DNA from: Octopus sinensis
Taxonomy: Eukaryota
NCBI RefSeq assembly: GCF_006345805.1
Contig: NC_043025.1
Location: 12,834,001-12,898,000 of the forward strand
Length of the DNA stretch: 64,000 nucleotides
Reading direction: 5' to 3'
Shown: piece by piece, positions 50,549 to 62,606 of the stretch
Layout: each line of letters opens with the position of its first letter
How positions within the stretch are numbered: position 1 is the stretch's first letter
Made by a program: the position numbers and the translations under genes
Notes under the pieces: generated by a model
Database searches by the model: none
What the model was told of the DNA's origin: nothing
The model's input: only the letters and a program-made list of their open reading frames with translations

Positions 50549-51262
50549 TTAACCCTTTCGTTAATGTATTTCAAAACTTATGAAAACAAGACATTTGTAC
50601 TACAGAGCCAGAGGTCGTTTCAGCCAGGTTGGTATCAAAAGGGTTAAGAATTGTCTCTATTATATATCTTAACCCTTTTGTTACCATATTTCTGTTGAGA
50701 TGCTCCGTGTTTCTTTCAATTACTTTAAATATAACAAAGAATTTAGTAAAAAAACTTAGTTATCATTCAGCTAGTGTTAGGAACATAAATTGTGACTAAG
50801 GTTTGGTGGAAGATTTTAATTCAGAACTTATGAAAACAAGACATTTGTACTACAGAGCCAGAGCTGGTTTCAGCCGGGTTGGTATTAAAAGGGTTAAGAA
50901 TTGTTTCTCTATTATATATCTTAACCCTTTTGTTACCATATTTCTGTTGAGATGCTCTGTGTTTCTTTCAATTACTTTAAATATAACAAAGAATTTAGTA
51001 AAATAACTTAGTTATCATTCAGCTAGTGTTAGGAACATAAATTGTGACTAAGGTTTGGTGGAAGATTTTAATTCAAAACTTAAGAAAACAAGACATTTGT
51101 ACTACAGAGCCAGAAGTGGTTTCAGCCAGGTTGGTATCAAAAGGGTTAAGAATTGTTTCTCTATTATATATCTTAACCCTTTTGTTACCATATTTCTGTT
51201 GAGATGCTCTGTGTTTCTTTCAATTATTTTAAATATAACAAAGAATTTAGTCAAATAACTTC
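50549..51262. mobile_element. Tandem multimer of a ~229-bp piggyBac-type MITE (family 2)
   Basis: TTAACCCTTTTGTTACC / GGTATCAAAAGGGTTAA ends; units start at 50549, 50669, 50921 and 51173. Confidence 0.8.
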
Positions 51263-51622
51263 GTTAATGCATCTGAATAAACATTGCCGGACAGCAAATA
51301 GAGACTCGGACATTGCTCAGAAAATAATTTTCATTTCTAGCCTCGTATATAGTACACACTAAGGATTTTGACCTTTAAATTTTGGGGAAAAAATGCGGAT
51401 TATACTCGAGGATTTACGGTAAGTGTTAGGCTTACAAAGAATAAGTCCTGGGGTCGATTTCTTTGACTAAAAAACCCTTTAAGGTGATGCCCCAGCCTGG
51501 CTGTAATCAAATAACTGAAACAAGTAAAAGATTAACGACATCTATTAAACAAGCATTCAGGTGTAACATTAACGAATGGAGAAAGAATGAAAGCCACCAC
51601 GCAGCCGTGTCGTTATACTCAC

Positions 51623-51748
51623 AGGAAGATGTTGTTTACAGATCAGGAGGACTTGAAGTCTCTCGGGTGTGACGTCGCTCCAACCCAAGGATAGATCTTT
51701 CTGGAGGACTGGCCAGATTTCTGTCTCAAATCCACTGTGGGTCACCAT
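51623..51748 (-). CDS. MYBBP1A: MYBBP1A exon 6 (MVTHSGFETEIWPVLQKDLSLGWSDVTPERLQVLLICKQHLP)
   Basis: CCACAG / GTGAGT, phase 0-0; matches the SSPEQLELFLL region. Confidence 0.9.
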
Positions 51749-51829
51749 CTGTGGGAAGGAAAACAGGGACATAGAGGTCAGAGGTCAGTCAGTCATCATC
51801 AACAACATAACCAATACAATGCATAATAC

Positions 51830-53010
51830 TGATATAACCATGACAACAACCACCACTAACATTACTAACACCCATACCTCTATTAGTATTATTGTTGCCA
51901 CCATCACCACTACCACTACTTACACCACTACAATGACCGCTGCCGCCAGCACCACAACCATCACCAACACTACCACCATACCAATACTAACACAGACTCA
52001 ACAACCACTACCACCAGCACTACAACAAACATCACCATCATTACTAACACCCATTAATATTAATATTATTGTTGCCACCATCACCACTACAATGACCGCT
52101 ACTGCCAGCACCACAACCATCACCACTACTACCACCATACCAACACCAACACAAATGCAACAACCATCACCACCATTACTAACACCCATACCTCTATTAG
52201 TATTATTGTTGCCACCATCACCACTACCACTACTTACACCACTACAATGACCGCTGCCGCCAGCACCACAACCATCACCAACACTACCACCATACCAATA
52301 CTAACACAGACTCAACAACCACTACCACCAGCACTACAACAAACATCACCATCATTACTAACACCCATTAATATTAATATTATTGTTGCCACCATCACCA
52401 CTACAATGACCGCTACTGCCAGCACCACAACCATCACCACTACTACCACCATACCAACACCAACACAAATGCAACAACCATCACCACCATTACTAACACC
52501 CATACCTCTATTAGTATCATTGTTGTCATCATTACCACTACAATGACAGCTACTGCTAGCACCACAACTACCACCATACCAATACAAACACATACACAAC
52601 CACTACCACCAGCACTACAACAACCATCACGACCATTACTAACACCCGTACCTCTATTAATATCATTGTTGCCACCATCACCACTACAATGACAGCTACT
52701 GCTAGTACCACAACTACCACCATACCAATACAAACACATACACAACCACTACCACCAGCACTACAACAACCATCACGACCATTACTAACACCCGTACCTC
52801 TATTAATATCATTGTTGCCACCATCACCACTACAATGACAGCTACTGCTAGCACCACAACTACCACCATACCAATACTAACACATACACAATAACCACTA
52901 CCACCAGCACTACAACCATCACCACCACCATTACTATCACCTGTACCTCTCATAGCCCTACTGTTGTTACCAACACCACTACTACAGCCACTACAACCAA
53001 CACTGCACAA
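51830..53010. repeat. ACC/ACT/ACA-derived complex repeat with higher-order duplications (~315 bp and ~145 bp)
   Basis: Repeated ATGACCGCTGCCGCCAGC.. and ATGACAGCTACTGCTAG.. blocks. Confidence 0.85.
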
Positions 53011-53109
53011 CCGTTACTAGCACCCATACTTCTAGTAAACCAACCATTCCAATTCGGTCACGCCGCTTGCACAGAATCTTGTAACTCTCTGGTTTCATCC
53101 AATTCTGTA

Positions 53110-53545
53110 GTTTATCATCATTATTTACATTTGATGGATGTTTGTCCTCATCTTGTTTGTTGTTAACACAACGTTTCGGCTGATATACCCTCCAGCCTTC
53201 ATCAGGTGTCTTGGGGAAATTTCGAACCTGGGTTCTCATTCCTCAGGTATTTTTCAATGTTATTATTATCATTATTCAGGTCACTGCTGGGAATCAAACT
53301 CGGAATCTTGGGGTTAGTAGCCCATGCTCTTAACCACTACGCTATATGCCCGTGGGTATATTTAAGAGATGAGGAATTATGTACATTATTTACATTTGAT
53401 GGATATTTGTCCTCATCTTGCTCGTTGTTAACACATTTCGGCTGATATACCCTCCAGCCTTCTTTAGGTGTCTTGGGGAAATTTCAGACCTGGGTTCTCA
53501 TTCCTAAGGTATTTTTTGATGTTATTATTATTATTATTATTATTA
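53110..53545 (-). mobile_element. Tandem ~265-bp retrozyme/Penelope-like non-autonomous element with a tRNA-like head (53277-53351) and two hammerhead copies (second one mutated)
   Basis: Direct repeat with an offset of 262-265 bp and A/B-box-like motifs; a third, truncated copy lies at 24253-24318. Confidence 0.65.
53165..53210 (-). ncRNA. Minimal type I hammerhead ribozyme
   Basis: Minus strand: GACAC-CUGAUGA-A-GGCUG(GAGGGUAUAU)CAGCC-GAAA-CG-UU|GUGUU. It has the complete core, stem I GACAC/GUGUU, a 5-bp stem II, palindromic minimal stem III AACGUU, and a predicted GUU cleavage between 53170 and 53169. Confidence 0.75.
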
Positions 53546-53574
53546 TATAAAATATACTCACCTTGTGCATTTAG

Positions 53575-54020
53575 TGGCTGGAACTTATGAAAGAGGGAGA
53601 CCCAGGAAGACATGGGATGAAGCAATGAAAGAGAACCTCAGGATACTGAACCTGACAGGCGAGATGACTAGAGACCAAGATACCTAATGCCTGACTGTAC
53701 TAAAGAAGGCCCATCCTCTACAGCAGAAGTATCAACACCACCACCCCTCCTCACCGTGAAATGGATTGGCCTGCAAAAGTCCTGTACTGGTGCCACATAA
53801 AAAGCACTTGTGCCAACACTACGTTAAAGCGCTCAGCCGGTTCAATGGTAAAAGCACCCAGCACACACTGTGAAGTGGTGGGCATTTGGAAGGGCATCCA
53901 GCTGTAAAAAAGCAAACCAAATCAGAATGGAACCTCGGGCAGCTCTCCAGCTTGGCACCTCCAGTCAAACCATCCAACCCATGCCAGCATGGAAAACAGA
54001 CAATAAAGGATGATGATGAT
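53575..54020 (+). mobile_element. RTE LINE 3' end: ORF2 C-terminus joined to the abundant 3'UTR ending (GAT)n
   Basis: RGRPRKTWDEAMKENLRILNLTGEMTRD runs into the ...GGAAGGGCATCCAGCTG...CCAACCCATGCCAGCATGG..GATGATGAT repeat. Stand-alone 3'UTR copies lie at ~4548, 6690, 15385, 15775, 19225, 22715, 28585, 35210, 38920, 43185, 49165, 56035 and 60680. Confidence 0.75.
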
Positions 54021-54461
54021 GATATATATATTTCTTTATTGTCCACAAGGGGCTAAACGTAGAGAGGACAAACAAGGACAGACACACGGATTAAGTTGAT
54101 TATATCGACCCCAGTACACAACTGGTACTTAATTATCGACCCTGAAAGGATGAAAGGCAAAGTCGACCTCGGTGGAATTTGAACTCAGAACGTGGTGGCA
54201 GACGGAATACCTATTTCTTTACTACCCACAAGGGGCTAAACACAGAGGGGACAAACAAGGACAGACAAAGATATTAAGTCGATTACATCGACACCAGTAC
54301 GCAACTGGTATATATTTAATCAACCCCGAAAAGATGAAAGGTAAAGTCGACCTCGGCGGAATTTGAACTCAGAACGTAAAGACAGACGAAATACTGCTAA
54401 GCATTTCGCCCGGCGTCAACGCTTGTTGTATGCAATGACAGTAAAAGTTATATACACTCAC

Positions 54462-54569
54462 CTTCTGTATCAGCAATGGTAGACACTGGTGCCAGATGTG
54501 TTGGACGTAGGACTTGTCTGTCTTGAAGGACATCAACTGTTGGAGCAGTGGTAGTATCGTGGTCTGGTC
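54462..54569 (-). CDS. MYBBP1A: MYBBP1A exon 5 (DQTTILPLLQQLMSFKTDKSYVQHIWHQCLPLLIQK)
   Basis: CCACAG / GTGAGT, phase 0-0. Confidence 0.86.
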
Positions 54570-54699
54570 CTGTGGTAGCAGAGGATATGGTGTTGTTAGT
54601 AGTGATGGCGACAATAGTAGTTGAAGATATAGTACTCTTTGTAAAACACCTTTCATTGATAGGGGAGGCAAGTTATAAAACATTGAGAACAAAGCCTGT

Positions 54700-54733
<34 letters not shown>

Positions 54734-55229
54734 CTCTTTTACTTGTTTCAGTCATTTGACTGCGGCCATGCTGGAGCACCACCTTTTAATCGAGCAACTC
54801 GACCCCGAGAATTATTCTTTGTAAGCCCAGTACTTATTCTATCGGTCTCTTTTGCCGAACCGCTAAGTAACGGGGACATAAACACACCAGCATTGGTTGT
54901 CAAGCAATGCTAGGGGGACAAACACAGACACACAAACACATATATATATATACATATATACGACGGGCTTCTTTCAGTTTCCGTCTACCAAATCCACTCA
55001 CAAGGCTTTGGTCGGCCTGAGGCTATAGTAGAAGACACTTGCCCAAGTTGCCACGCAGTGGGACTGAACCCGGGACCATGTGGTTGGTAAGCAAGCTACT
55101 TACCACACAGCCACTCCTGCACCTATGTGTGTATATATGTGCATGTATATATATTTTTAACACTGTGAGCACTGTCCGTGTGTTTCCACTCTGAGTAAGG
55201 GGTAAATATATAAATCTTCAAATACTGAC

Positions 55230-55301
55230 CTTTAATAAAATGTCTGACTGTATAACGGCGCTGTATGCCAGGGCAATACCAATCTCCATGTTGGATTTTT
55301 C
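55230..55301 (-). CDS. MYBBP1A: MYBBP1A exon 4 (EKSNMEIGIALAYSAVIQSDILLK)
   Basis: CAACAG / GTCAGT, phase 0-0; matches the LFGVLALFQSGRL region. Confidence 0.87.
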
Positions 55302-55432
55302 CTGTTGTAGAACAAATAGAAATTTTTATAAATTTTGTTATCATCATCATCATCATCACCACAAGACAACAATTCAAATTATAAAAATTTAATGTTTATC
55401 ATTCTGACTTCTTCATGACCATTTATTGTCTA

Positions 55433-55795
55433 ACTAGCAGTATCGCCCGGCGTTGCTCAGGTTTGTAAGGGAAATAACTATAAAGCATTTTTAGAGAGTT
55501 ATAGCCAAAAAATAGCAAAAAAATGGGAAAAAAATGATGGTAAATTTTTTTAAGAGTTAAAAAGGTCGAGTTGCGTCCCCTAGACAGTCTGTGGTTTGTG
55601 TTTCTGATTCTCGACCCCATGTCGAATTTATCGATTTTTTTCAGAACTGGGGGAACTTTTCAAAATTTTCGCTGCGTTAGTTTTGAATTATGACATTGGG
55701 CTATGTGTGTGTCAAGTTTCATCAGAATCGGTTGAAAGTCGTGGTCAGGGTGAGGGTACAACCTGACAGACAAACTGCCGTTTATATAGAGAGAG
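55433..55795 (+). mobile_element. Non-autonomous Helitron/Helentron-like element
   Basis: ACTAGC..GCCCGGCG start and AAGTTTCATCAGAATCGG..GACAGAC..TATATAGA end, as in Lep1/DINE-type elements; related copy at ~41310-41620. Confidence 0.55.
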
Positions 55796-56889
55796 AAGAG
55801 ATGAAGTGCTTCCTAACTACATGGTTTCAGGTTCAGTCCCACTGCGTGGCACTTTGGGTAGGTGTCTTCCACCTATAACCCCGAGTCGACCGAAGCTTTG
55901 TATTTGAATTCGGTAGGTGGAAGTTACTGCCGTGTGCGTATAACTGCTCAGTGCCTCTCCGAAAGAGAGAGAGAGAGGGAAGTATCCAGTGAGCTAGAAT
56001 TAATTTTGGAATATTTGGAATTTGTATCCTTGTGGTACCAGTGCCGGTGGCACATAAGAAAACCATCCGAACGTGATCGTAGCCAGTACCGCAACGACTG
56101 GCCTCCGTGCTGAGGGCACATAACAAACACCATCCGAGCGTGGCCGTCCGCCAGCCCCGTCTGGCACCTGTGTTGGTGGCACATAAAAAACACCATCCGA
56201 GCGTGGCCGTCAGCCAGCCTCGCCTGGCACCTGTGTCGGTGGCACATAAAAAACACCATCCAAGCGTGGCCGTCAGCCAGCCTCGTCTGGCACCTGTGTC
56301 GGTGGCACATAAAATCACCCACTACACTCTCGGAGTGGTTGGCGTTAGGAAGGGCATCCAGCTGTAGAAACACTGCCAGATCTGACTGGCCTGGTGCAGC
56401 CTTCGGGCTTGCCAGACCCCAGTTGAACCGTCCAACCCATGCTAGCATGGAAAGCGGACGTTAAACGATGATGATGATGATGATGATGGAGTGAGGGAAA
56501 AATATAACTTTCTCATTTTTGAGATGGTGTTTGGAATATAACAAAAGACAAATATATATTGGGACATTAACCGAGGATCATGTGGAGGCGCATGGCTTAG
56601 TGGTTAGGGTGTTGAACTCATGATCGTAAGGTTGTGGTTTCGATTTCTGGACCGGGCAACGCGTTGTGTTCTTGAGCAAAACACTTCATTTTCACCTTGC
56701 TCCAGTCCACTCAGCTGGCAAAAATGAGTAATCCTGCGAAGGACCGGCGTCCCGTCCAGGTGGGTAATTTCTACGCCACTAAAACCGGGAAACCTGCCCT
56801 TATGAGCCTGGCATGGCTCGAGAAGGAACATTAACCCAGGACCATGTACTTGAGAAGTAAGCTTCTTACCACACAGCCATGCCTGGTCA

Positions 56890-57309
56890 TTAACCCCTGG
56901 ACAACGGTTGACGCAAATATGCGATCACACTTTTGCTTGCCTACCTGCAGTTAACATAAATATACGATGTAGAGCTGCCCTACATCTATCACAGACTTTT
57001 TAGCGGCTGATGTACGTTTACGTTCGTTATCGTGTACTTTATCTCTTGAGGTGCGCAGGCTCACCGTCCCATGCATTATCTTAGCTATTTTTTGAACTTG
57101 AGCAGATTAACTCGTGCATATCATATTATGATAAATAGCTTCACATGGTTCATTTTTATAATCCGGTAGACGTAAATGTATGACGCTATGTTATTGTAAC
57201 GGCGAACGTAAATAGACACAAGCTCGTTGGCACTTGTGTGGCCTCATTAGATAAAAAAACCCGAGCAGTGTCTCGTATGCTTCGGGTAATACCAGCGTCA
57301 AGGGGTTAA
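56890..57309. mobile_element. ~420-bp TTAA-flanked MITE (family 3)
   Basis: TTAACCCCTGGAC...GTCAAGGGGTTAA; an interrupted paralog lies at ~4520-5700. Confidence 0.7.
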
Positions 57310-57915
57310 ATCTATACTCTTTTACTCGTTTCAGTCATCTGACTGCGGCCATGCTGGAGCACCACCTTTAGTTGAGCAACTCGACCTCGGGACTTATTCT
57401 TTGTAAGCCCAGTACTTATTCTATCGGTCTCTTTTTGCTGAACTGCTAAGTGACGGGGACATAAACACACCAGCATCAGTTGTCAAGCAATGCTAGGGGG
57501 ACAAACACAGACACACAAACACACATACATATATACGACAGGCTTCTTTCAGTTTCCGTCTACCAAATCCACTCACAAGGCATTGGTCGGCCCGGGGCTA
57601 TAGTAGAAGACACTTGCCCAAGATGCCACGCAGTGGGACTGAACCCAGAACCATGTGGTTGATTAGCAAGCTACTTACCACACAGCCACTCCTGCGCCTA
57701 TACTCTCTCTTTACTCTTTTACTTGTTTCAGTCATTTGACTGCGGCCATGCTGGAGCACCGCCTTTAGTCGAGCAACTCGACCCCGGGACTTATTCTTTT
57801 GTAAGCCCAGTACTTATTCTATCGGTCTCTTTTGCCGAACCGCTAAGTGACGGTGACGTAAACACACCAGCATCGGTTGTCAAGCAATGCTAGGGGAACA
57901 AACACAGACACACAA

Positions 57916-57946
<31 letters not shown>

Positions 57947-58171
57947 CATATATACGACAGGCTTCTTTCAGTTTCCGTCTACCAAATCCACTCACAAGGC
58001 ATTGGTCGGCCCGAGGCTATAGCAGAAGACACTTGCCCAAGATGCCACGCAGTGGGACTTGTTTATTACAAGGACACTTTTTATTGGCTTTTGAACTATT
58101 TGTGGTATGGCATTACCTTTTGGCACCCCTAATATAATATTTAAAAAAGAAAGAGAAAGGGAAACATTTAC

Positions 58172-58261
58172 TGAAGAGCTCTCCGCTTTAGATAAATCCA
58201 GATACTCTTCAATCATTTGTAAGACATCAGAACCTTCAATGATAGAAAACTGACGTAAAAT
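58172..58261 (-). CDS. MYBBP1A: MYBBP1A exon 3 (ILRQFSIIEGSDVLQMIEEYLDLSKAESSS)
   Basis: TTTCAG / GTAAAT, phase 0-0. Confidence 0.88.
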
Positions 58262-59404
58262 CTGAAAAATGAAAATAAAGAACATCATTAGAATAAATGT
58301 GCATGCATAATACATATAGGTTAATCTCTATAGATTTCCTATAGAATTCAGAGCTAGCACTGCAAGTTATGAGGTTTCAAAAATGTATATTTCAAGAGTT
58401 ATAGCTCTGGTACTGATGAGATGGCAATATAACTTGACATATGTATATACACCAGTTATCTAATTTTTTTCTATGTTTGATCACATTGTTTACATATATG
58501 GAACATCGTAAGTTTAACAGTGTTTGCTCTAAACTGAATATGAAATCTGTAGAAATAAAACAGTGAACTTCTAACATGGAGCAGGGCACAATGTTGACTT
58601 GTTAACCTTTAACCCTTCAACATTCAGATAATTCTGTCAAATGCAATGCTTCTTTATTTGCATTGTTTTGAATTAATCTTGCATTATATTTACTCTCTCT
58701 TTTACTTGTTTCAGTCATTTGACTGCAGCCATGCTGGAGCACCGCCTTTAATCGAGCAACTCGACCCCGGGACTTATTCTATCGGTCTCTTTTGCCGAAC
58801 CACTAAGTGACGGGGACGTAAACACACCAGCATCGGTTGTCAAGCAATGCTAGGGGGACAAACACAGACACACACACACATATATATATATACATATATA
58901 TGACAGGCTTCTTTTAGTTTCCGTCTACCAAATCCACTCACAAGGCATTGGTCGACCCGGAGCTATAGCAGAAGACACTTGCCCATGTGGTTGGTAAGCA
59001 AGCTACTTACCACACAGCCACTCCTGAGATTTCAATGATGTGATTGTTTATTTTTAGAATGACATTGCAGGGTAGGTGTGAGAGGCTGGATCTGGCCAGT
59101 TTGAATGGTAAAAGGTCAATATACCTGGTAGCATATTATGGTTGCAAAATGAGATGATGTGTTCTTGCTAGCAATTTGTGTGCGTGTGTGTGTAGAGTCA
59201 GCTTCTAGCTACTCTGAGATTTATTCAGAATAAGTTCATACTAGTATATAACTGGTATTCTATTTATTCGACTCCCAAGAGGATGAAAGGTCCAAGTTGG
59301 CATCAACAGGATTTGATCCCAGAACACAGAGGTTCATAAAGGAAGCTACATATATTGTCCAACAGCATTAAAATTCCGGTGTTAAGTCAATTGATAATAC
59401 AAAC

Positions 59405-59512
59405 CTGACAAAGGGCAAGAGGGTAGCCCACTCGAACCAGCTTTCGTGGTGATGACAAGCCCTTGATTAGGCGTTTCAGAGAATACAGAACTTCCTGACA
59501 TGGTCCCGAAGT
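59405..59512 (-). CDS. MYBBP1A: MYBBP1A exon 2 (TSGPCQEVLYSLKRLIKGLSSPRKLVRVGYPLALCQ)
   Basis: TTTCAG acceptor, GTTTGT donor, phase 0-0, strong family motif. Confidence 0.93.
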
Positions 59513-59690
59513 CTGAAAAATAAAGAACGGAAATTACACTCAACCATTAACCATTATTCAGTGCAAGCACAGAACCAACCTACCTGGTATAGCTGCACCA
59601 ACAAAGGTGCCATCTTCTATGAAGAGAACAGGTTCACAGAAGCACAAAGAAAACATGACCTGCCCAAATTTTTTCATTTACTTACTTATT

Positions 59691-60164
59691 TTAACCCTTT
59701 TGTTACCAACCCAGCTCTGGATCTGAGTACAAATGTCTTGTTTTCATAAGTTCTGAATTAAAATCTTCCACCAAACCTTAGTCACAATTTATGTTCCTGA
59801 CACTAGCTGAATGATAACTAAGTTATTTTACTAAATTCTTTGTTATATTTAAAATTAATTGAAAGAAACACAGAGCATCTCAACAGAAGAAATATGGTAA
59901 CAAAAGGGTTAAGATATATAATAGAGAAACAATTCTTAACCCTTTTGATACCAACCTGGCTGAAACCACCTCTGGCTCTGAGTACAAATGTCTTGTTTTC
60001 ATAAGTTTTGAATTAAAATCTTCCACCAAACCTTAGTCACAATTTATGTTCCTAACACTAGCTGAATGATAACTAAGTTATTGTACTAAATTCTTTCTTA
60101 TATTTAAAATTAATTAAAAGAAACACAGAGCATCTCAAAATAAATACAGTAACGAAAGGGTTAA
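59691..60164. mobile_element. Dimer of MITE family 2, inverted relative to 50549-51262
   Basis: Two full units separated by the same 23-bp spacer. Confidence 0.8.
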
Positions 60165-60584
60165 AGTGAAAGTGAGTGAACGTGTATCCCCTCATGTATG
60201 TGTAACTGGTACTCTCTCTCTGTCTCTCGTCCATTTCATATACACATTCATACATCTTTCACTTTAAAACAAAAGTAAATAGATTTTTTAAAATTTACAG
60301 AAATTAACGAACAAAACAGCTGATCCGGTCGACGGTTCTCCAAGTCAAAACGAAAGATCTCCTATTCATTTACTTGCTTCTGTCAGACGGCGGCCATACT
60401 GGGGCACCACCTAGACAAATTTTAGTTAAATGAATCGATCCAAGTACTTTGATTGTTTGTGTTTTAAAGCCTGGTACTTATTCTATCCGTCACTTTGGGT
60501 CTTTTCCACAAAGATCCGTCACTTTTGCCGGGGACATAGATACACCAGCACCTGTTGTCAAGCGATGGTGGGACACACACATAC

Positions 60585-60627
<43 letters not shown>

Positions 60628-61194
60628 TATGTATGTATGTGTATATGAACATCGAACCAAATATCAATGGAAACAGTAGTTGTGATACCTGTGCCGGTGG
60701 CACATAAAAAGCACCATCCGAATGTGGCCGTTGCCAGTGCAGCCTCCACTGGCTTCTGTGCCGGTGGCACATAAAAAGCACCATCCGAACGTGACCGATG
60801 CCAACCCTGCCTCGAATGGCTTCTGTGCCAGTGGCACATAAAAAGCACCATCCGAACGTGGCCGATGCCAGCACCGCCTCCACTGGCTTCTGTGCCGGTG
60901 GCACATAAAAAGCACCATCCGAGCATGGCCGACGCCAGACCCCTCTGGCACCTGTGCAGGTGGCACGTAAAAAGCACCCACTACACTCACGGAGTGGTTG
61001 GCGTTAGGAAGGGCATCCAGCTGTAGAAACACTGCCAGATCAGACTGGAGCCTGGGGCAGCCCCTGGCTCCCCAGAACCGTCCAACCCGTGCTAGCGCGG
61101 AAAACGGACGTTAAACGATGATGATGAATATGTATGTGTGTGTCATCATCATCATCGTTTAGCGTCCGCTTTCCATGCTAGCATGGGTTGGACA

Positions 61195-61239
<45 letters not shown>

Positions 61240-61500
61240 ATGTATATATATATATGTATGCATATGTATATATGCATACATATATGTATGTATATGTATA
61301 TATACATACATATATATATATGTATATATACATACATATATATATGTGTATATATACATACATATATATATGTGTATATATACATACATATATATATGTG
61401 TATATATACATACATATATATATGTGTATATATACATACATATATATATGTATGTATGTATATGTATATATATATATATATACATACATACATATATATA

Positions 61501-61694
61501 TTTCGGTACAAGTACCATAACTGCCAAGTCTGTTTGTTTACATCGAAGAAGATCGTCACTTTCCGTAAATTTTTTTATATATATATATGGGGTTAGGGTT
61601 AGGGGTGGGGGGAAAAGGGTTTCTTTTTTTCTTCAGAAATATAAATAAACCCCAAGTGAGTTTATAATCGGCAGTTATGGTACTTGTACCGAAA
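61501..61694. mobile_element. 194-bp MITE with perfect 25-bp TIRs
   Basis: TTTCGGTACAAGTACCATAACTGCC / GGCAGTTATGGTACTTGTACCGAAA. Confidence 0.85.
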
Positions 61695-61703
61695 GCTCAC
61701 CAC

Positions 61704-61738
<35 letters not shown>

Positions 61739-62360
61739 GACATATATATATATACATATATACGACGAGCTTCTTTCAGTTTCCGTCTATCAAATACATT
61801 CACAAGCTTTAATCGGCCCGATATTACTGCATGTACTTTATATGCACTTTCTGACAAGTTGTGGTGCACCTGAGCACTGTATACAATAATTTCATTATTA
61901 TATTATTATTATAGAAGACACATGCCCAAGGTGCCACGCACTGGGACTGAACCCGGACGGAAAATCAATGGTCACTTTCTGACTTGCCATAGCAATCAAC
62001 CTGAATATCTCACTGCTCTAATTTTATTTTGTTCGGATATATGGACCACTGACGATACATGTGTGAATATATACATGTATGTATGCGTGTTGAACACGTG
62101 GTGTTTATACATGTTACGCTTTACATCTACGAGAGGTGGATCTGTTAGAAATAGCAGCGAAACCTCTCTCAAATCATACATAAACCCTCAACACCATCTA
62201 AAAACAAAACAAAACAAAAATCAAAAACAAGGTGCACGGGGGAAGAAAACATTCGACAAGGGTGGTCACGGTATGAATTAATTCGATCGTAATAAGTTAC
62301 GGTCTTGCTGATTTTGAAATGGGACAAGTGAAAGTAAAATAGGGATCACTTAAGACTTAC

Positions 62361-62567
62361 TCCGTCCTGTTTTTCCTTGAGTTTGCCAATTAGGTCTCCA
62401 ACGGCGACGATCCTGTTCTCCTTGGAGGCGACTGCCAGCACCGTGAATAGATCCAAGATCCCTCGGTCCACATCTAAAGCCCTTGGTATGATGTCCATCA
62501 GCTTCGGCGATGGGAGAACTTCTTTGATGACAGATGATTCGGGAGTAGTTTTATCGATTCCGACCAT
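62361..62567 (-). CDS. MYBBP1A: MYBBP1A exon 1 (MVGIDK...VDRGILDLFTVLAVASKENRIVAVGDLIGKLKEKQDG)
   Basis: ATG at 62567, donor GTAAGT, phase 0; resembles the N-terminal FLDFFWDIA motif region. Confidence 0.88.
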
Positions 62568-62606
62568 GATTTTAAGGGATCTATCTAACCTAGAATACAA
62601 ATCTAA

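Larger units (their letters stand above)
2770..62567 (-). other. MYBBP1A: Whole gene span, Myb-binding protein 1A (Pol5/DNA polymerase phi family), 35 coding exons, 1128 aa
   Basis: Exons were found by hand from AG/GT signals and join into one 3387-nt ORF with consistent phases. Motifs match my recollection of human MYBBP1A: YSLKRLIKGL (YALKRLITGL), RQWSINQL..FRHAFF (RKWIIFRL..LFHSFF), PDWLDVLLDVLIAMM (PPWVEVLVEILLALL), the acidic tract plus VDEDFRQKV (VDQGFREQL), and KIRLLDFIEVLIKQ (QIRVLDLVEVLVTKQ). Confidence 0.93.

Noticed and set aside
51669-53010. Mucin-like Thr-rich ORFs
   Set aside because: ACC/ACT-derived intronic repeat, antisense to the host, broken by stops, without splice or promoter support.
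53277-53351. Functional tRNA gene
   Set aside because: The acceptor and T stems do not pair properly and the loop is CUACUAA with a short variable arm; it is a SINE-like head. The same applies to the other tRNA-like SINE heads.
54570-54782. ORF continuing in frame upstream of exon 5
   Set aside because: Runs into a (CA)n microsatellite and SINE, has no family similarity, and a good acceptor exists at 54570.
62568-62600. TTG-initiated N-terminal extension given in the ORF track
   Set aside because: Eukaryotic gene; the ATG at 62567 has good context (AAAATCATGG) and the extension has no support.
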